From assembly GCA_047285805.1 (NCBI GenBank), contig JBJBCN010000002.1:768001-832000 (forward strand): a DNA stretch of 64,000 nucleotides. Direction: 5' to 3'. Of the stretch, positions 39,160 to 49,233 are shown in pieces. Source of the DNA: Synechococcus sp. (lineage in GTDB: Bacteria > Cyanobacteriota > Cyanobacteriia > PCC-6307 > Cyanobiaceae). Each line of letters begins with the position of its first letter. Within the stretch, counting starts at the first letter, position 1. The notes beneath the pieces are model-generated. The model saw only the letters and a list, made by a program, of their open reading frames with translations, was not told where the DNA came from and ran no database searches. The translations under genes and the position numbers were made by a program.

Positions 39160-39447
39160 ATGCGCTTAAAAGGCTCAAAAGAGCGTAATCAAAAGAGAAT
39201 AAACGTATTGGAGTCAATTTCAGCGCGATACTGGAGGGATCGCGAATACTGGACACCTAAATGCAATGCAATCGCTATCCATGCCAACGAGTTACAAGAA
39301 CTCCTGACAAACGAAGTAAACGTAATCACAGCCTCCCAATGGAACGAAACAATCTCATACAAAAACGAGCACTCATGGGGAAAGGCAACATGCAATGGAA
39401 ACTCCTACATTCTTGAAGGTCCTGAAAAGGAGCTGCAGCCTCTCTAG
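39160..39447 (+). CDS. AT-rich hypothetical ORF, possibly a gene fragment
   Basis: 95 aa ORF in low-GC segment. Confidence 0.35.
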   Translation: MRLKGSKERNQKRINVLESISARYWRDREYWTPKCNAIAIHANELQELLTNEVNVITASQWNETISYKNEHSWGKATCNGNSYILEGPEKELQPL

Positions 39448-39913
39448 GGTCAAGAGATGCGTTAAGCATGGATAAAACATCTGTGTCCGGTTGGTGTAGT
39501 GAGGACTCTAGAAATGGAGCGGCTTCTCATGGGTATTTTGCTTGTCTCCCGATTACCTGCTTGGCGCCCCCTTGACGGCTACTGAGCTCGTTTTGCACGT
39601 CGGTTGGACACTGGAGAACTGAAGGAATCGGGATTCACTTGAATTAAGTCGCCAACCAACAAGTCTCGCCAGCGCCTATGCACTGGTAGCACAACGATAA
39701 GCGAGGTTAAGACTGACTTCTACGCTTGTCTATATGCATGCCTGAGAAGTCTCCAGCAATCACAAAGGCTCACAAGCTGAATCCACCAAATAGAATCAAT
39801 CACACGAGGGAAGCGGGAATAGAAACAGATATGCACCCGCTCAAGGGAAACATAGAGGTAATGGTGTACAGTAATAAGGGCTCTCAGATTTTTGCAGTTT
39901 TCGTTAGGATGAA

Positions 39914-40726
39914 ATGAGAGAACCAGGAGGAAAGAGTGTAGCAATAGTTATACATGGCGCCTTTCAGTCGCATGAAAACGTTGGAGGAGCAGCCCTCGTA
40001 CTCAAAGACTTAGGCGTGAAAGAAGTGCACATACCCGATCTTGCAGGACACGGTGTCGAGAAAGACACCGAAATATCAGGAAAGAACCTTATAGAGGGGC
40101 TTGCAGAGGATCTGCTATCCAGAAGAAAAATAAAGCAATCATTAAACCGGGAAAGAATAGAGAGAGTCACGCTGATTGGTCACTCACTTGGAGCATCTGT
40201 AGCACTTGCTGTTGCCAAACAGTTAATTGTCAATGCGGAAAGCGTAAACCTGATCCTAGTAGAACCAATCTTTTGGCTGGGCAAAGAATGTGGCGGTCAA
40301 GACGATTTGCTGAACAATCTAGAGACCCACATTCCACAGACTAAAACACAGATTGAAATCACCAATTACCTTAGAGCACTTCTCAAAGGCGACAACCACC
40401 TATCTAGCGACTTCAGCGTACTAACCAATCTTGCGAACTCAAACAAAGCCATAGTCAGTCTAATAAGAGGGGGCAGAAGTAGCGTTCAATCAAAAGAACA
40501 ATTTAAGATTGAAACCTCAGATGGAGTTATCACATGTAGTGTCATCGGCCAAGAGATCGGATCGCTTGTACCAGACGATTATTGTAATAGGGATCTGTTC
40601 GACAATCAGCTCGCAATCAAACAAGCAGGTCATAACCCATTTACTCATACAAGCTTTTACGAGTGGCTGAGGCTTTTAATCAACCAAACCGAAAGTATTG
40701 ATGAAGCCAACTTACAAGGTGACTGA
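39914..40726 (+). CDS. Alpha/beta hydrolase, AT-rich
   Basis: IHGAF, PDLAGHG, GHSLG nucleophile elbow, AGHNP. Confidence 0.85.
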   Translation: MREPGGKSVAIVIHGAFQSHENVGGAALVLKDLGVKEVHIPDLAGHGVEKDTEISGKNLIEGLAEDLLSRRKIKQSLNRERIERVTLIGHSLGASVALAVAKQLIVNAESVNLILVEPIFWLGKECGGQDDLLNNLETHIPQTKTQIEITNYLRALLKGDNHLSSDFSVLTNLANSNKAIVSLIRGGRSSVQSKEQFKIETSDGVITCSVIGQEIGSLVPDDYCNRDLFDNQLAIKQAGHNPFTHTSFYEWLRLLINQTESIDEANLQGD

Positions 40727-40909
40727 TTTTCGGAGATGTGGAAAGCTTTTCAGATGTTGCTCCAAACAAAAGTCTCGAACAGTATCCATTTCCTCCTTAG
40801 TTGGATGTTCACCTAATGCCAGAAGAAGCCGCGGACGACACACCATCGACTGCTTGTCGACTGCTTGGCTGGTTCTAGCATCCACTTATTGAGAGGAGCT
40901 GAGAAACCA

Positions 40910-41488
40910 GTGGCACTTACACTTTACGGCGGTGTGCGAAGCAGGGCAAGCATGCCCCGTTGGTACATGGAGGAGCGGGGAATCCCCTACACCTGGCAAC
41001 TCCTCAACATGGAGGCCGGGGAACACCGCCAGGAGCCCTACATCGCCATCAACCCCTTCGGGAAAGTGCCGGCCCTGATGGATGAGGATCCCGCTCTCCC
41101 CGGCGGTCGGATCCAGCTGTTTGAGAGCGGCGCGATCCTGCTCTATTTGGCGGAGCGCTTCGGTGGGGAATGCCAGACCGCCGCTGAGAGGGGGATGGCG
41201 CAGCAGTGGGTGCTCTTCGCCAACGCGACCCTGGCCACCGCGCTCTTTGTTCCCTCCAACCGCGAACGGGAATTCCCCCGCCTGATGGAGGTGCTCGATT
41301 GCAAGCTCGCGGACGGTCCGTTGATCAGTGGCGAATGGGGCGTCGCCGATTGTGCCGTTAACGCCTACCTGGCCTACTTGCCGATCTTCTTCCCTCAGAT
41401 CGACCTCAGCCCCTATCCCCAGGTTCAGGCGACCATCGCCGCAACCCAACAACGGGCTGCTTACCAACGGGTCATGGGCCAGCGTTGA
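40910..41488 (+). CDS. Glutathione S-transferase
   Basis: RSRASMPRWY, INPFGKVPAL, LFESGAILLYLA. Confidence 0.95.
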   Translation: MALTLYGGVRSRASMPRWYMEERGIPYTWQLLNMEAGEHRQEPYIAINPFGKVPALMDEDPALPGGRIQLFESGAILLYLAERFGGECQTAAERGMAQQWVLFANATLATALFVPSNREREFPRLMEVLDCKLADGPLISGEWGVADCAVNAYLAYLPIFFPQIDLSPYPQVQATIAATQQRAAYQRVMGQR

Positions 41489-42129
41489 GCGCGCGCGCAA
41501 GCCTCAGATGGGGCCAGAGCTCCCTCGAGCTGCTACCCGAGCGGGCCGCCTGGGATCCCCAACGGCGGGCCCTGCTCGTAGCCGATCTGCACCTGGGCAA
41601 GGCCGAGAGCTTTCAGGCCCAGGGCATCCCCCTCCCCAGCGATGGCGACCAGGGGAACCTCAATCGACTACTCGCACTCTGCTGCAGCCTTGGCCCCGAG
41701 CAGGTGCTTGTCCTCGGTGACCTCATCCACAGCCGTCTCGGCCTAACCGGCGAACTTCAGGAGAAGCTCGCCGCCCTGCCAGAGTTAATGGGCTGCGAGC
41801 TCGTGCTGGTGGGCGGCAACCATGACCGCGGCGCCATCTTCCCCGCCCTGCGAGCTCAACCCTCTCTCCAAATGGGCGACTGGTGGCTCAGCCATGAACC
41901 TGAGCGGCCAGCGCAACCCGGCTTGCTGAACATCTGTGGCCATCTCCATCCGGTCGCGCAGCTCGGGCAGGGCGCCGTTCGTCTGCGGTTGCCCTGCTTT
42001 GGTCTGGATCAAGCCCAACAACGGCTGCTGCTGCCAGCCTTCGGTGACCTCACCGGCGGGCACCCCGCCCCAGCGGGACTGGAGCGGTGGGTGATCGCCG
42101 ACGACCAGGTCCTAAAACTGCCGACCTAG
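41485..42129 (+). CDS. pdeM: Ligase-associated DNA damage response endonuclease PdeM
   Basis: ADLHLGKA, GDLIH, GNHD, SHEP, GHLHP, LPAFGDLTGG. Confidence 0.9.
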   Translation: MSARASLRWGQSSLELLPERAAWDPQRRALLVADLHLGKAESFQAQGIPLPSDGDQGNLNRLLALCCSLGPEQVLVLGDLIHSRLGLTGELQEKLAALPELMGCELVLVGGNHDRGAIFPALRAQPSLQMGDWWLSHEPERPAQPGLLNICGHLHPVAQLGQGAVRLRLPCFGLDQAQQRLLLPAFGDLTGGHPAPAGLERWVIADDQVLKLPT

Positions 42130-42147
42130 GTCTGGGCTGTTCGTAGA

Positions 42148-43221
42148 TTGAAGTCGCTTCATATTGACTGCGCCGCAGCGCCACCGTCCAAACCGAAGCG
42201 CCCCACTGGCGAAGCAAACGCTGAATCCAGATCTGGCTTGGGGGCTCTCTTTGCGTTTTTATTTGCCATTGCTCCCCCCTTGCCGGAGGGCGAACAGCCA
42301 AGGCCTTCCTCTCGGCTGGTCCAGGCAAACGGCAGAGCCGAGCCCTTCCGCTATCTCCCTGAGCAGGACGACTATGCCCTCGATTTCGATCCGCGGAATG
42401 TCGGCATAGGCCTGTTCGAGGGGGATCGGGAGCAGGACGCCTTCAACGACAACGCAGCCCTGGCCTAAGTGTCCGGGCCGATGTACGAGCACCACGTCAA
42501 CAGCCTGGGCCGGGAAATCACCGTTCCGCTCGGTGACCTCAAGTTGGGCTCTCAGGTCTGGTGGAGCCGCAACAGGACGGCTGCACGCCAACGGGCCTTT
42601 GTGAGAATTCGCCACGACGGGGCCGCTGATTTCGGCTTTGGAGAACTCACTCCAGAGCTACCCGCTCGGTATGACACCTTTATCGACGGACTGCACAGCC
42701 TCTACAACGATCTGCTGGATCCACCGCCGGAGTACCGCGCGGCTTGCAGCGTCTCGATGGGCCAGCCGATCCTCTACTACCTCCCCCGCATTCGCATGGT
42801 GATCGGCCTCTGGGGCGATGGGCGCCTCAAGGTCCTGATGAGCCGTGACAGCCTCACCCTTGAGCAGACCAAAAGCCTGGTGTGCCAGCACGGCTTTAAA
42901 GCCGCCTACATGCCCGATCACGCCTCCAAAAGCCGCCTGATCATTCCTGGGGTAAAGGGCTTCACCGAAGCCGCTGCCAACTGGATCAGCGGCGGCGCCA
43001 CCAGCTTTTTCCACTTGCCCGGCATACTGCTTCTCAGCCCACGAACCATCCCACTGCGGCGCACCCTGCTGGCCACCCTCACGCCCCGGATGGGACAACG
43101 GGATTGCAGCAATCCGCTGCAGTGCGCCCAGTGCTTTGTTGCACAGCTCACCTATCGGGCCCTCGTGGGCCTGAACCGCCGGATGGAGCAGGGGCGCAAG
43201 CCGATGGCACACCTCATCTGA
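42148..43221 (+). pseudogene. Conserved hypothetical protein split by in-frame TAA
   Basis: ORFs 42148-42468 and 42469-43221 are contiguous in one frame (AALA*VSGPMYE). Confidence 0.75.
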
Positions 43222-43316
43222 TCGCCGGCAGGCGTGGTGCAGCCCCTGCTGCCCCCACAGCCGCTACCGCCGATCAACGGAGCCAGAAAGGTTCCTTTGA
43301 TCGCGCCGCCGCCGCT

Positions 43317-43781
43317 CTAGGCCGAAGCCAGCGCCCGCACCACATCGCCGCGGGTCAGCACCCCCAGCGGACGCTTCTGCGCGTCAAGGACAAACAGCCG
43401 TTGGGTGCCCTGTTCGTGCAGCAGCCGTGCCGCCTCCGGCAGCAAGGTGTCCCCGCTGCAGGTGTGGGGGCTCTGGCTCATCACCTCGCCCACGCTGTTG
43501 CCCAGCACCTGATGCACCTGCTTGTCCCACTGCAGTGGGTTGCGCAGGTAGATCACCGCGTCCAAGAGCATCACGTAAGGGCCGGCATCAAAGCCGCTTT
43601 CGCGCACCATCAAGTCCTGCTCGGTTAGCTCTCCAATCAGGGCGCCGTTGCCATCGAGCACAGGCAGGCCGCTGATGTGGTGATCGCTAATCAACTGCAC
43701 CGCGTCCTGGAGCGGCGTCTCGATGCTGACGCTGCGAACGGGCGTGGTCATGACTTCGGAGACCCGGCGTTCAACGACCAT
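43317..43781 (-). CDS. CBS domain protein
   Basis: VSEVMT, ISGLPVLD, GVLTRGDVVRALA. Confidence 0.93.
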   Translation of the reverse strand: MVVERRVSEVMTTPVRSVSIETPLQDAVQLISDHHISGLPVLDGNGALIGELTEQDLMVRESGFDAGPYVMLLDAVIYLRNPLQWDKQVHQVLGNSVGEVMSQSPHTCSGDTLLPEAARLLHEQGTQRLFVLDAQKRPLGVLTRGDVVRALASA

Positions 43782-43857
43782 GACTGCGCTGCGGCTTCCG
43801 TCATTGTGGCTGCTGCGTGAGGCGAAAGAATGAATCGCAACGCTTGGTCGGAAAGCC

Positions 43858-44394
43858 ATGCCGAACGCATCCTTCAGCCGGTGTCTCGCTGATGGCCTCA
43901 CCATCGCTCGCGCCGTTGTCGGTTTGCCCTTGATCGTGGCGTTGAGCCTCGGTCAGGGCTGGCTGGCCTGGTGGCTCCTGCTCCTGGGGGGGTTAAGTGA
44001 TGCCGCCGATGGATGGCTGGCCCGGCGGGCCGGCGGGGGTTCCGTCTGGGGGGCGCGCTTGGATCCCTTGACCGACAAGATCTTGTTTCTGGCGCCCCTG
44101 CTCTGGCTGGGGGCTGCCGGCGCCTTGCCGCTCTGGGCAATCTGGCTGCTGCTGGCCCGTGAGCTCCTCATCTCCGGCTGGCGGGCCAGACAAGGCAGCG
44201 GTGGACCGGCCTCCTGGGGGGGCAAGGCCAAGACGATCCTGCAGTGCGCCGCGCTGCTGCTCCTGCTCTGGCCCGGCGGCGGCTCCGCTCTGCTGAACAG
44301 TCTGGGGTTCTGGCTGTTCTGGCCGTCCCTTGTACTCGCCCTGAGCTCAGCCTGGGGCTACATCAAAGCGCCAGCAACTGATCGTCGGAGCTGA
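43858..44394 (+). CDS. CDP-alcohol phosphatidyltransferase family protein
   Basis: DAADGWLARR...GARLDPLTDK. Confidence 0.92.
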   Translation: MPNASFSRCLADGLTIARAVVGLPLIVALSLGQGWLAWWLLLLGGLSDAADGWLARRAGGGSVWGARLDPLTDKILFLAPLLWLGAAGALPLWAIWLLLARELLISGWRARQGSGGPASWGGKAKTILQCAALLLLLWPGGGSALLNSLGFWLFWPSLVLALSSAWGYIKAPATDRRS

Positions 44395-45283
44395 AGTCCG
44401 GGCTCGTGTGCATCCGCTTGGCGTAGTCGTTGCTGTAGCTATCGATAAGGGAGCGCTCGACGTCGTACTGCGGCGTCCAGGCCAGCTCGCGCTGCACCCG
44501 ATGAATGTCCGTCAGGAAGTGGGCCATCCGCAACGGGAAGGCCTTGCGGACCTTCTTATCCAGGCTGCTGGGATCGAAACTGCGGATCTCCACCGAGGCC
44601 GGGTCCTTGCCGCAGGCCCGGGCCGCGGCGGCCACCAGGCCACGGAAGCTAATGCCCTGGGCGCTCGAGCAGTTGTAGATCCGATTGGTAGCCGCATCGA
44701 CCCCGATGCTCAGGGCCATCGCCGTCGCCAGGTCATCGACATGGCCCAACTGGGTGATGGTGCTGCCATCTCCGGGCAGGGGGACAGGGCGACCATGCAC
44801 GATCCGGTCGAAGAACCAGCTCTCAACTGGGTTGTAGTTGCCGGCTCCAACGATGTAGGTCGGGCGGAAGCTCGTGAACGGGATCTTCTCCGCCGTCAGC
44901 CAGGCCTCGGTGTCGAGCTTGCCGCTATGGCGACTCTCGGGATCGGTAGGGGAGGTTTCACTCAGCGGCCACAACTCACTATCGGCGTAGACACCGGCGG
45001 AGCTCACGTAGACGAACCGATGGCTGGGAGCCCCGGTTACCTCAACTACGGAGCGGCTGTCGGCAACCGTGCGTCCCGAGCTGTCGACGATCACATCGAA
45101 TTCACGACCCGCCAGAGCCGAGATCCCCTCAGCCGTGCTGCGGTCACCACAGAGATGCTCAACGCCGGCCGGAACCGGTTTTTTGCCGCGGGTAAACAGG
45201 GTTAAGGCGTGGCCGGCGTCCTGCAGCTGCTGCACGAGTGGGCGTCCCACGAAACGGGTCCCGCCCATCACCAGGATTTTCAT
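44363..45283 (-). CDS. NAD-dependent epimerase/dehydratase (CSP41-like)
   Basis: MGGTRFVG, YVSSAGVY, RKAFPLR. Confidence 0.9.
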   Translation of the reverse strand: MKILVMGGTRFVGRPLVQQLQDAGHALTLFTRGKKPVPAGVEHLCGDRSTAEGISALAGREFDVIVDSSGRTVADSRSVVEVTGAPSHRFVYVSSAGVYADSELWPLSETSPTDPESRHSGKLDTEAWLTAEKIPFTSFRPTYIVGAGNYNPVESWFFDRIVHGRPVPLPGDGSTITQLGHVDDLATAMALSIGVDAATNRIYNCSSAQGISFRGLVAAAARACGKDPASVEIRSFDPSSLDKKVRKAFPLRMAHFLTDIHRVQRELAWTPQYDVERSLIDSYSNDYAKRMHTSPDFSSDDQLLAL

Positions 45284-45370
45284 CACAGCCAACCGATGTT
45301 GCGCCCATTCAAAACGCTAAGCACCCCCATTAGAACCGCAGGACACTGAGGGTTCTTAGCGGCGGGCATC

Positions 45371-46066
45371 ATGGGGCGATTCAGCGAGGTTCTGCGCTCC
45401 CTCAACAACCTCAAATTGCTGGCGGCCGTCGGCCGCAGCGGCGGTGAACTGGGCACCATCGCTGACCTGGTGGACAACTTTCTGGGCAGCCCCCAGATGG
45501 AGGAATGCATTCGCCGCTTCCGCGCCCTCCCTGGCGGTGCCGAACTGATGGACGCGCGCTACCCGCCCCTGGAGCCACCCATCGCGCAACTCCAGACGCT
45601 CCCCGCCGGATCCCTGGGACGGGAGTACGCCCGGCTGATACTCCAGCTCGGCTACGACCCGGAATTTTTTCGTCCGCGGCCCATCGAGAGCGACGGACAG
45701 TGGCTGACCCAGCGCATCGCCACCACCCATGACATCCATCACGTCATCAGCGGTTTTGGCACCGAACGGGCCGGTGAGACTGGCGTCCTGGCCATCACCG
45801 CCGCCCAGATCGGCTTCCCTGCCTACGTCCTGCTGAGCAGCGCCAGCCAGCTTGCGAACTTCCGCCTGAAGCTCGAGGAGTTTGAAGGCATCAGCCGCGC
45901 CGCCGCCCACGGCTATTCGATTGCCCGCCAGGCCAAGTGCCTAGCCATCGCCCGCTGGGAAGAGGGGTGGGAAAAACCCGTTCAGCAATGGCGGCAAGAG
46001 TTGGGCCTCGTCGATCCAGGCGACGACGAGCCCTACGGCCTGGCCCAGCAGCTCACCGACGTATGA
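45371..46066 (+). CDS. Coq4 family protein
   Basis: LPAGSLGREY, THDIHHVISGFGTERAGE (HDxxH...E). Confidence 0.85.
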   Translation: MGRFSEVLRSLNNLKLLAAVGRSGGELGTIADLVDNFLGSPQMEECIRRFRALPGGAELMDARYPPLEPPIAQLQTLPAGSLGREYARLILQLGYDPEFFRPRPIESDGQWLTQRIATTHDIHHVISGFGTERAGETGVLAITAAQIGFPAYVLLSSASQLANFRLKLEEFEGISRAAAHGYSIARQAKCLAIARWEEGWEKPVQQWRQELGLVDPGDDEPYGLAQQLTDV

Positions 46067-46284
46067 AGTGGCCGCAGCAGTGGACCGCCCAGCCCCCTGT
46101 CCTGGGGCTGACCAGGGGCTATCGCCACTTCCGCGTCCTCAGGGAGATCGGCAAAGGCAAGGCACGATGCCTTGAGCTCGAGGCCTTGCTGGAGAGAGAC
46201 TTCCGCCTGGTGGTTCCGCTGCAGGTCTTGCGGGATCGCAGCCTCTGGCAGCCTGGCTGGAATTCCTTGAGCCGACCGGCCTCC
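46063..46284 (+). CDS. TIGR02450-like Trp-rich small domain, in frame with hisA with no stop
   Basis: MKWPQQWTA...RHFRV...LELEALL...LRDRSLWQPGW; ATGA overlap with Coq4 gene. Confidence 0.7.
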
Positions 46285-47058
46285 ATGCAGATCATCCCCG
46301 CTATCGACCTGCTGGACGGCCATTGCGTACGGCTGCACCAGGGTGACTACGGCAAGGTCACCCGCTTTAACGATGATCCGGTGGCCCAGGCCCTCGATTG
46401 GGAACGCCAAGGGGCCGAGCGTCTCCATTTGGTGGACCTCGATGGCGCCAAAACCGGTCAACCGGTGAATGACCAGGCGGTCAAGGCGATTACCTCGGCC
46501 CTCTCCATCCCGGTGCAGTTGGGCGGTGGGGTCCGCAGCGCCGAACGGGCTGAAGAACTGCTGCAATGCGGCCTCGACCGCGTCATCCTCGGCACCGTCG
46601 CCATCGAGAAGCCTGAGCTCCTCAAGGAGCTCGCCGGCCGTCACCCGGGCAAGGTCGTTGTCGGAATCGACGCCAAGGATGGTTTGGTTGCCACCCGCGG
46701 TTGGGTCGAGACCAGCACCGTGCAGGCCACGGAACTGGCCAAGAGCTTTGAAGGCACGGGTGTAGCCGCGATCATCAGCACCGACATCGCGACCGACGGC
46801 ACCCTGGCTGGCCCCAACATCGACGCCCTGCGGGCCATGGCTGAGGCCAGCAGCATCCCCGTGATCGCCTCCGGCGGGATAGGCACCCTGGAGGACATCC
46901 TCTCCCTACTCTCTATTGCTCCCCTCGGGGTAAGCGGCGTGATCGTGGGCCGGGCCCTCTACGACGGCACGGTGGACCTGTCGGAAGCACTCCAGGCCAT
47001 TGGGCCTGAGCGACTTCAAGACGCACTCAATCCGCCTACGGGTTCTATAACGGTTTGA
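46285..47058 (+). CDS. hisA: ProFAR isomerase
   Basis: MQIIPAIDL, LHLVDLDGA, QLGGGVRS, TDIATDGTLAGP, GRALY. Confidence 0.98.
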   Translation: MQIIPAIDLLDGHCVRLHQGDYGKVTRFNDDPVAQALDWERQGAERLHLVDLDGAKTGQPVNDQAVKAITSALSIPVQLGGGVRSAERAEELLQCGLDRVILGTVAIEKPELLKELAGRHPGKVVVGIDAKDGLVATRGWVETSTVQATELAKSFEGTGVAAIISTDIATDGTLAGPNIDALRAMAEASSIPVIASGGIGTLEDILSLLSIAPLGVSGVIVGRALYDGTVDLSEALQAIGPERLQDALNPPTGSITV

Positions 47059-47074
47059 GAGACCTGTTTCGGTC

Positions 47075-47530
47075 GTGGTTGCTCATTCGGCACCTAACAC
47101 CGCAACGAACAGCGTGACCCACGGCGTGGATCGCGCATATTTGCGCTGCAAAGACCTGGGGATGCGGCTCTCGCGTCAACGGCGCATGGTCCTGGAACTG
47201 CTCTGGGATGAGAGGGATCACCTAAGCGCCCGCGACATTTTTGAGCGTCTCAACGCCAAGGGCCGCAACATCGGCCATACCTCCGTTTACCAAAACCTCG
47301 AAGCCCTGCAGAGCGCCGGGGTGATCGAGTGCCTGGATCGCGCCAACGGCCGCCTCTACGGCTACCGCAGCGATCCCCACAGCCACATCACCTGCCTGGA
47401 TTCCGGCGCCATACAGGACCTCGATGTGGAACTGCCCGCAGATCTGCTCGATCGGATCGAGAAGCAAACCGGCTATCGCATCGAGAACTACACCCTTAAT
47501 CTCAGCGGACGCCGTTTGAAGCTTCGATGA
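47075..47530 (+). CDS. Fur family transcriptional regulator
   Basis: RLSRQRRMVL, HLSA, TSVYQNL, HSHITC. Confidence 0.92.
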   Translation: MVAHSAPNTATNSVTHGVDRAYLRCKDLGMRLSRQRRMVLELLWDERDHLSARDIFERLNAKGRNIGHTSVYQNLEALQSAGVIECLDRANGRLYGYRSDPHSHITCLDSGAIQDLDVELPADLLDRIEKQTGYRIENYTLNLSGRRLKLR

Positions 47531-47590
47531 GGAGTGGAAAGCCCGGCGATCCCCGTTAACTTGGGCGCCAACAAGGCTCAACGCTGATCC

Positions 47591-49201
47591 GTGCCTGAGG
47601 CGAAGGACGCCCCTCCAATCCTGATCCTTGCCGAGCCCCTTATTCAGGCTGGGCTGGAACGGTTGCTGGAGGACGCCTTCCAGCTCAAGAAGATCGCCGG
47701 AGGTGAGACCGGACGAGTCGACCTGGTGATCTGGAGCGTCAACGCCGGTATCCCCTCATCCACTTTGGAGCGGGAACTGCTCCAACTGCGTGAACGCTGG
47801 CAGCCGGCACCGCTACTGCTGCTGCTGCCGGGCGAATTCGATCAACCCAGCAGTTGGCTACTGCAACTGGGGGCCGAGGGTCTGCTGCAACGGGCGGAAC
47901 CTGAGGAGATACGCGCAGCCGTGGACACCCTGCTGACGGGTGGCCGCGTCGTCGAACTGCGCCCGATCTACGCCATCCAACAGCCTGAAACCAGCCGCAA
48001 GGCCCTCGGGCTGGGACAATGGCTCCTTCGCAGCGGCCTGGCGCAGATCGAAGCGGAGATGATGCGCTGCCAGCGTTGGCTGGACCTTCAGCCCGTGGGA
48101 TTGAACGCCCTGCTGCTTTCCGGACGCCTGCGGGAACTGAACCTCGCGAAGAGCCTGCTGCTTTGGCTCTGGGGCCCCATCAGCATGGCCTTCCCCGCCA
48201 ATCCCCTCGCGCATCAGCCTGAACCGCAATCGGTGGTGGGCATCACCCTGCGGGAGCGCACGGCGATCGGCGTCTGGGACGCCATCCAAGAGCGGCTGAT
48301 AACGGCGGTCTCCGCCGGGGTGAGCAACAAAAGCGGTCAGCTGATGGCCCTGGAAGGGCTGAGTGCGGATCACCGCCGTGACCTGCTGCTGGCCCTATTG
48401 GCCCAGTTCGATCTGCTGATTACCCGCTTCCGCCACGAGCAATTGCTGGGCGAAGCTCTTGAGAGCCGCTGGCTCGGCCAGCAACGCGAGCTGCGGCTCC
48501 TCTCCCTTCGCTCCATGGCCGGGGAATACGTCCAGCTGCCGCTCGAGGGGGGGCTTCTACCCGTCGCCCAGAGCCTAAGCGAAGCCAGTGATCTGACGGC
48601 GGTCGATCCCGAGCTGCCAGGTGCCCTGCCAATGCTGGCGGCCCTGGTGAGCGCCCAGCCGATCCTGGTGGACGGTCGTCTGTTGGCTCCCGATGAGCCC
48701 CAAGCCCTACTGCACCTCGAAGCCTTGATCAGCAACTGGCTGATCCGCAGCTCCGAACTGATCAGCGCCGAAATCCTGGCCAGCTGCAGCACCTGGCCGG
48801 ACCTGCGCCGCTACCTGCTGCGCAGCGATCTCCTGCCCACCCGCAACCTCGAGCGTCTGCGCAACCAGCTCAACTCCCAACAGCGCTGGGATGCCCTGTT
48901 TGAGCGGCCCGTACAGCTCTACGAGAGCCGCCGTCTTCTCTATGGCCTCCAGCAGGGAGCGATCGTTCCGATCGAGCAGATGGAACCCCGAGACCGCGAA
49001 CTGCAGCAACTCAGCTGGGGACAGCAGCTGATCACCCTAGTGCTGGAGGGGCGTGATGCCCTGGCCCCGCAGGTCCAGTCCCTGTTCAAGCGCCTTGGCG
49101 ATCTGCTCGTCGTGGTGCTCACCCAGGTGATTGGCCGCGCCATCGGTCTGGTGGGTCGCGGGATCCTGCAAGGCATGGGCCGCAGCGTCGGCCGCGGCTG
49201 A
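47591..49201 (+). CDS. DUF3685 / Ycf55-like protein with degenerate receiver domain
   Basis: TRNLERLRNQL, LYESRR, LTQVIGRAIGLVGRGILQGMG. Confidence 0.87.
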   Translation: MPEAKDAPPILILAEPLIQAGLERLLEDAFQLKKIAGGETGRVDLVIWSVNAGIPSSTLERELLQLRERWQPAPLLLLLPGEFDQPSSWLLQLGAEGLLQRAEPEEIRAAVDTLLTGGRVVELRPIYAIQQPETSRKALGLGQWLLRSGLAQIEAEMMRCQRWLDLQPVGLNALLLSGRLRELNLAKSLLLWLWGPISMAFPANPLAHQPEPQSVVGITLRERTAIGVWDAIQERLITAVSAGVSNKSGQLMALEGLSADHRRDLLLALLAQFDLLITRFRHEQLLGEALESRWLGQQRELRLLSLRSMAGEYVQLPLEGGLLPVAQSLSEASDLTAVDPELPGALPMLAALVSAQPILVDGRLLAPDEPQALLHLEALISNWLIRSSELISAEILASCSTWPDLRRYLLRSDLLPTRNLERLRNQLNSQQRWDALFERPVQLYESRRLLYGLQQGAIVPIEQMEPRDRELQQLSWGQQLITLVLEGRDALAPQVQSLFKRLGDLLVVVLTQVIGRAIGLVGRGILQGMGRSVGRG

Positions 49202-49233
49202 AGGCCACAATGGCCTGAGCTTTCCCACCATTG

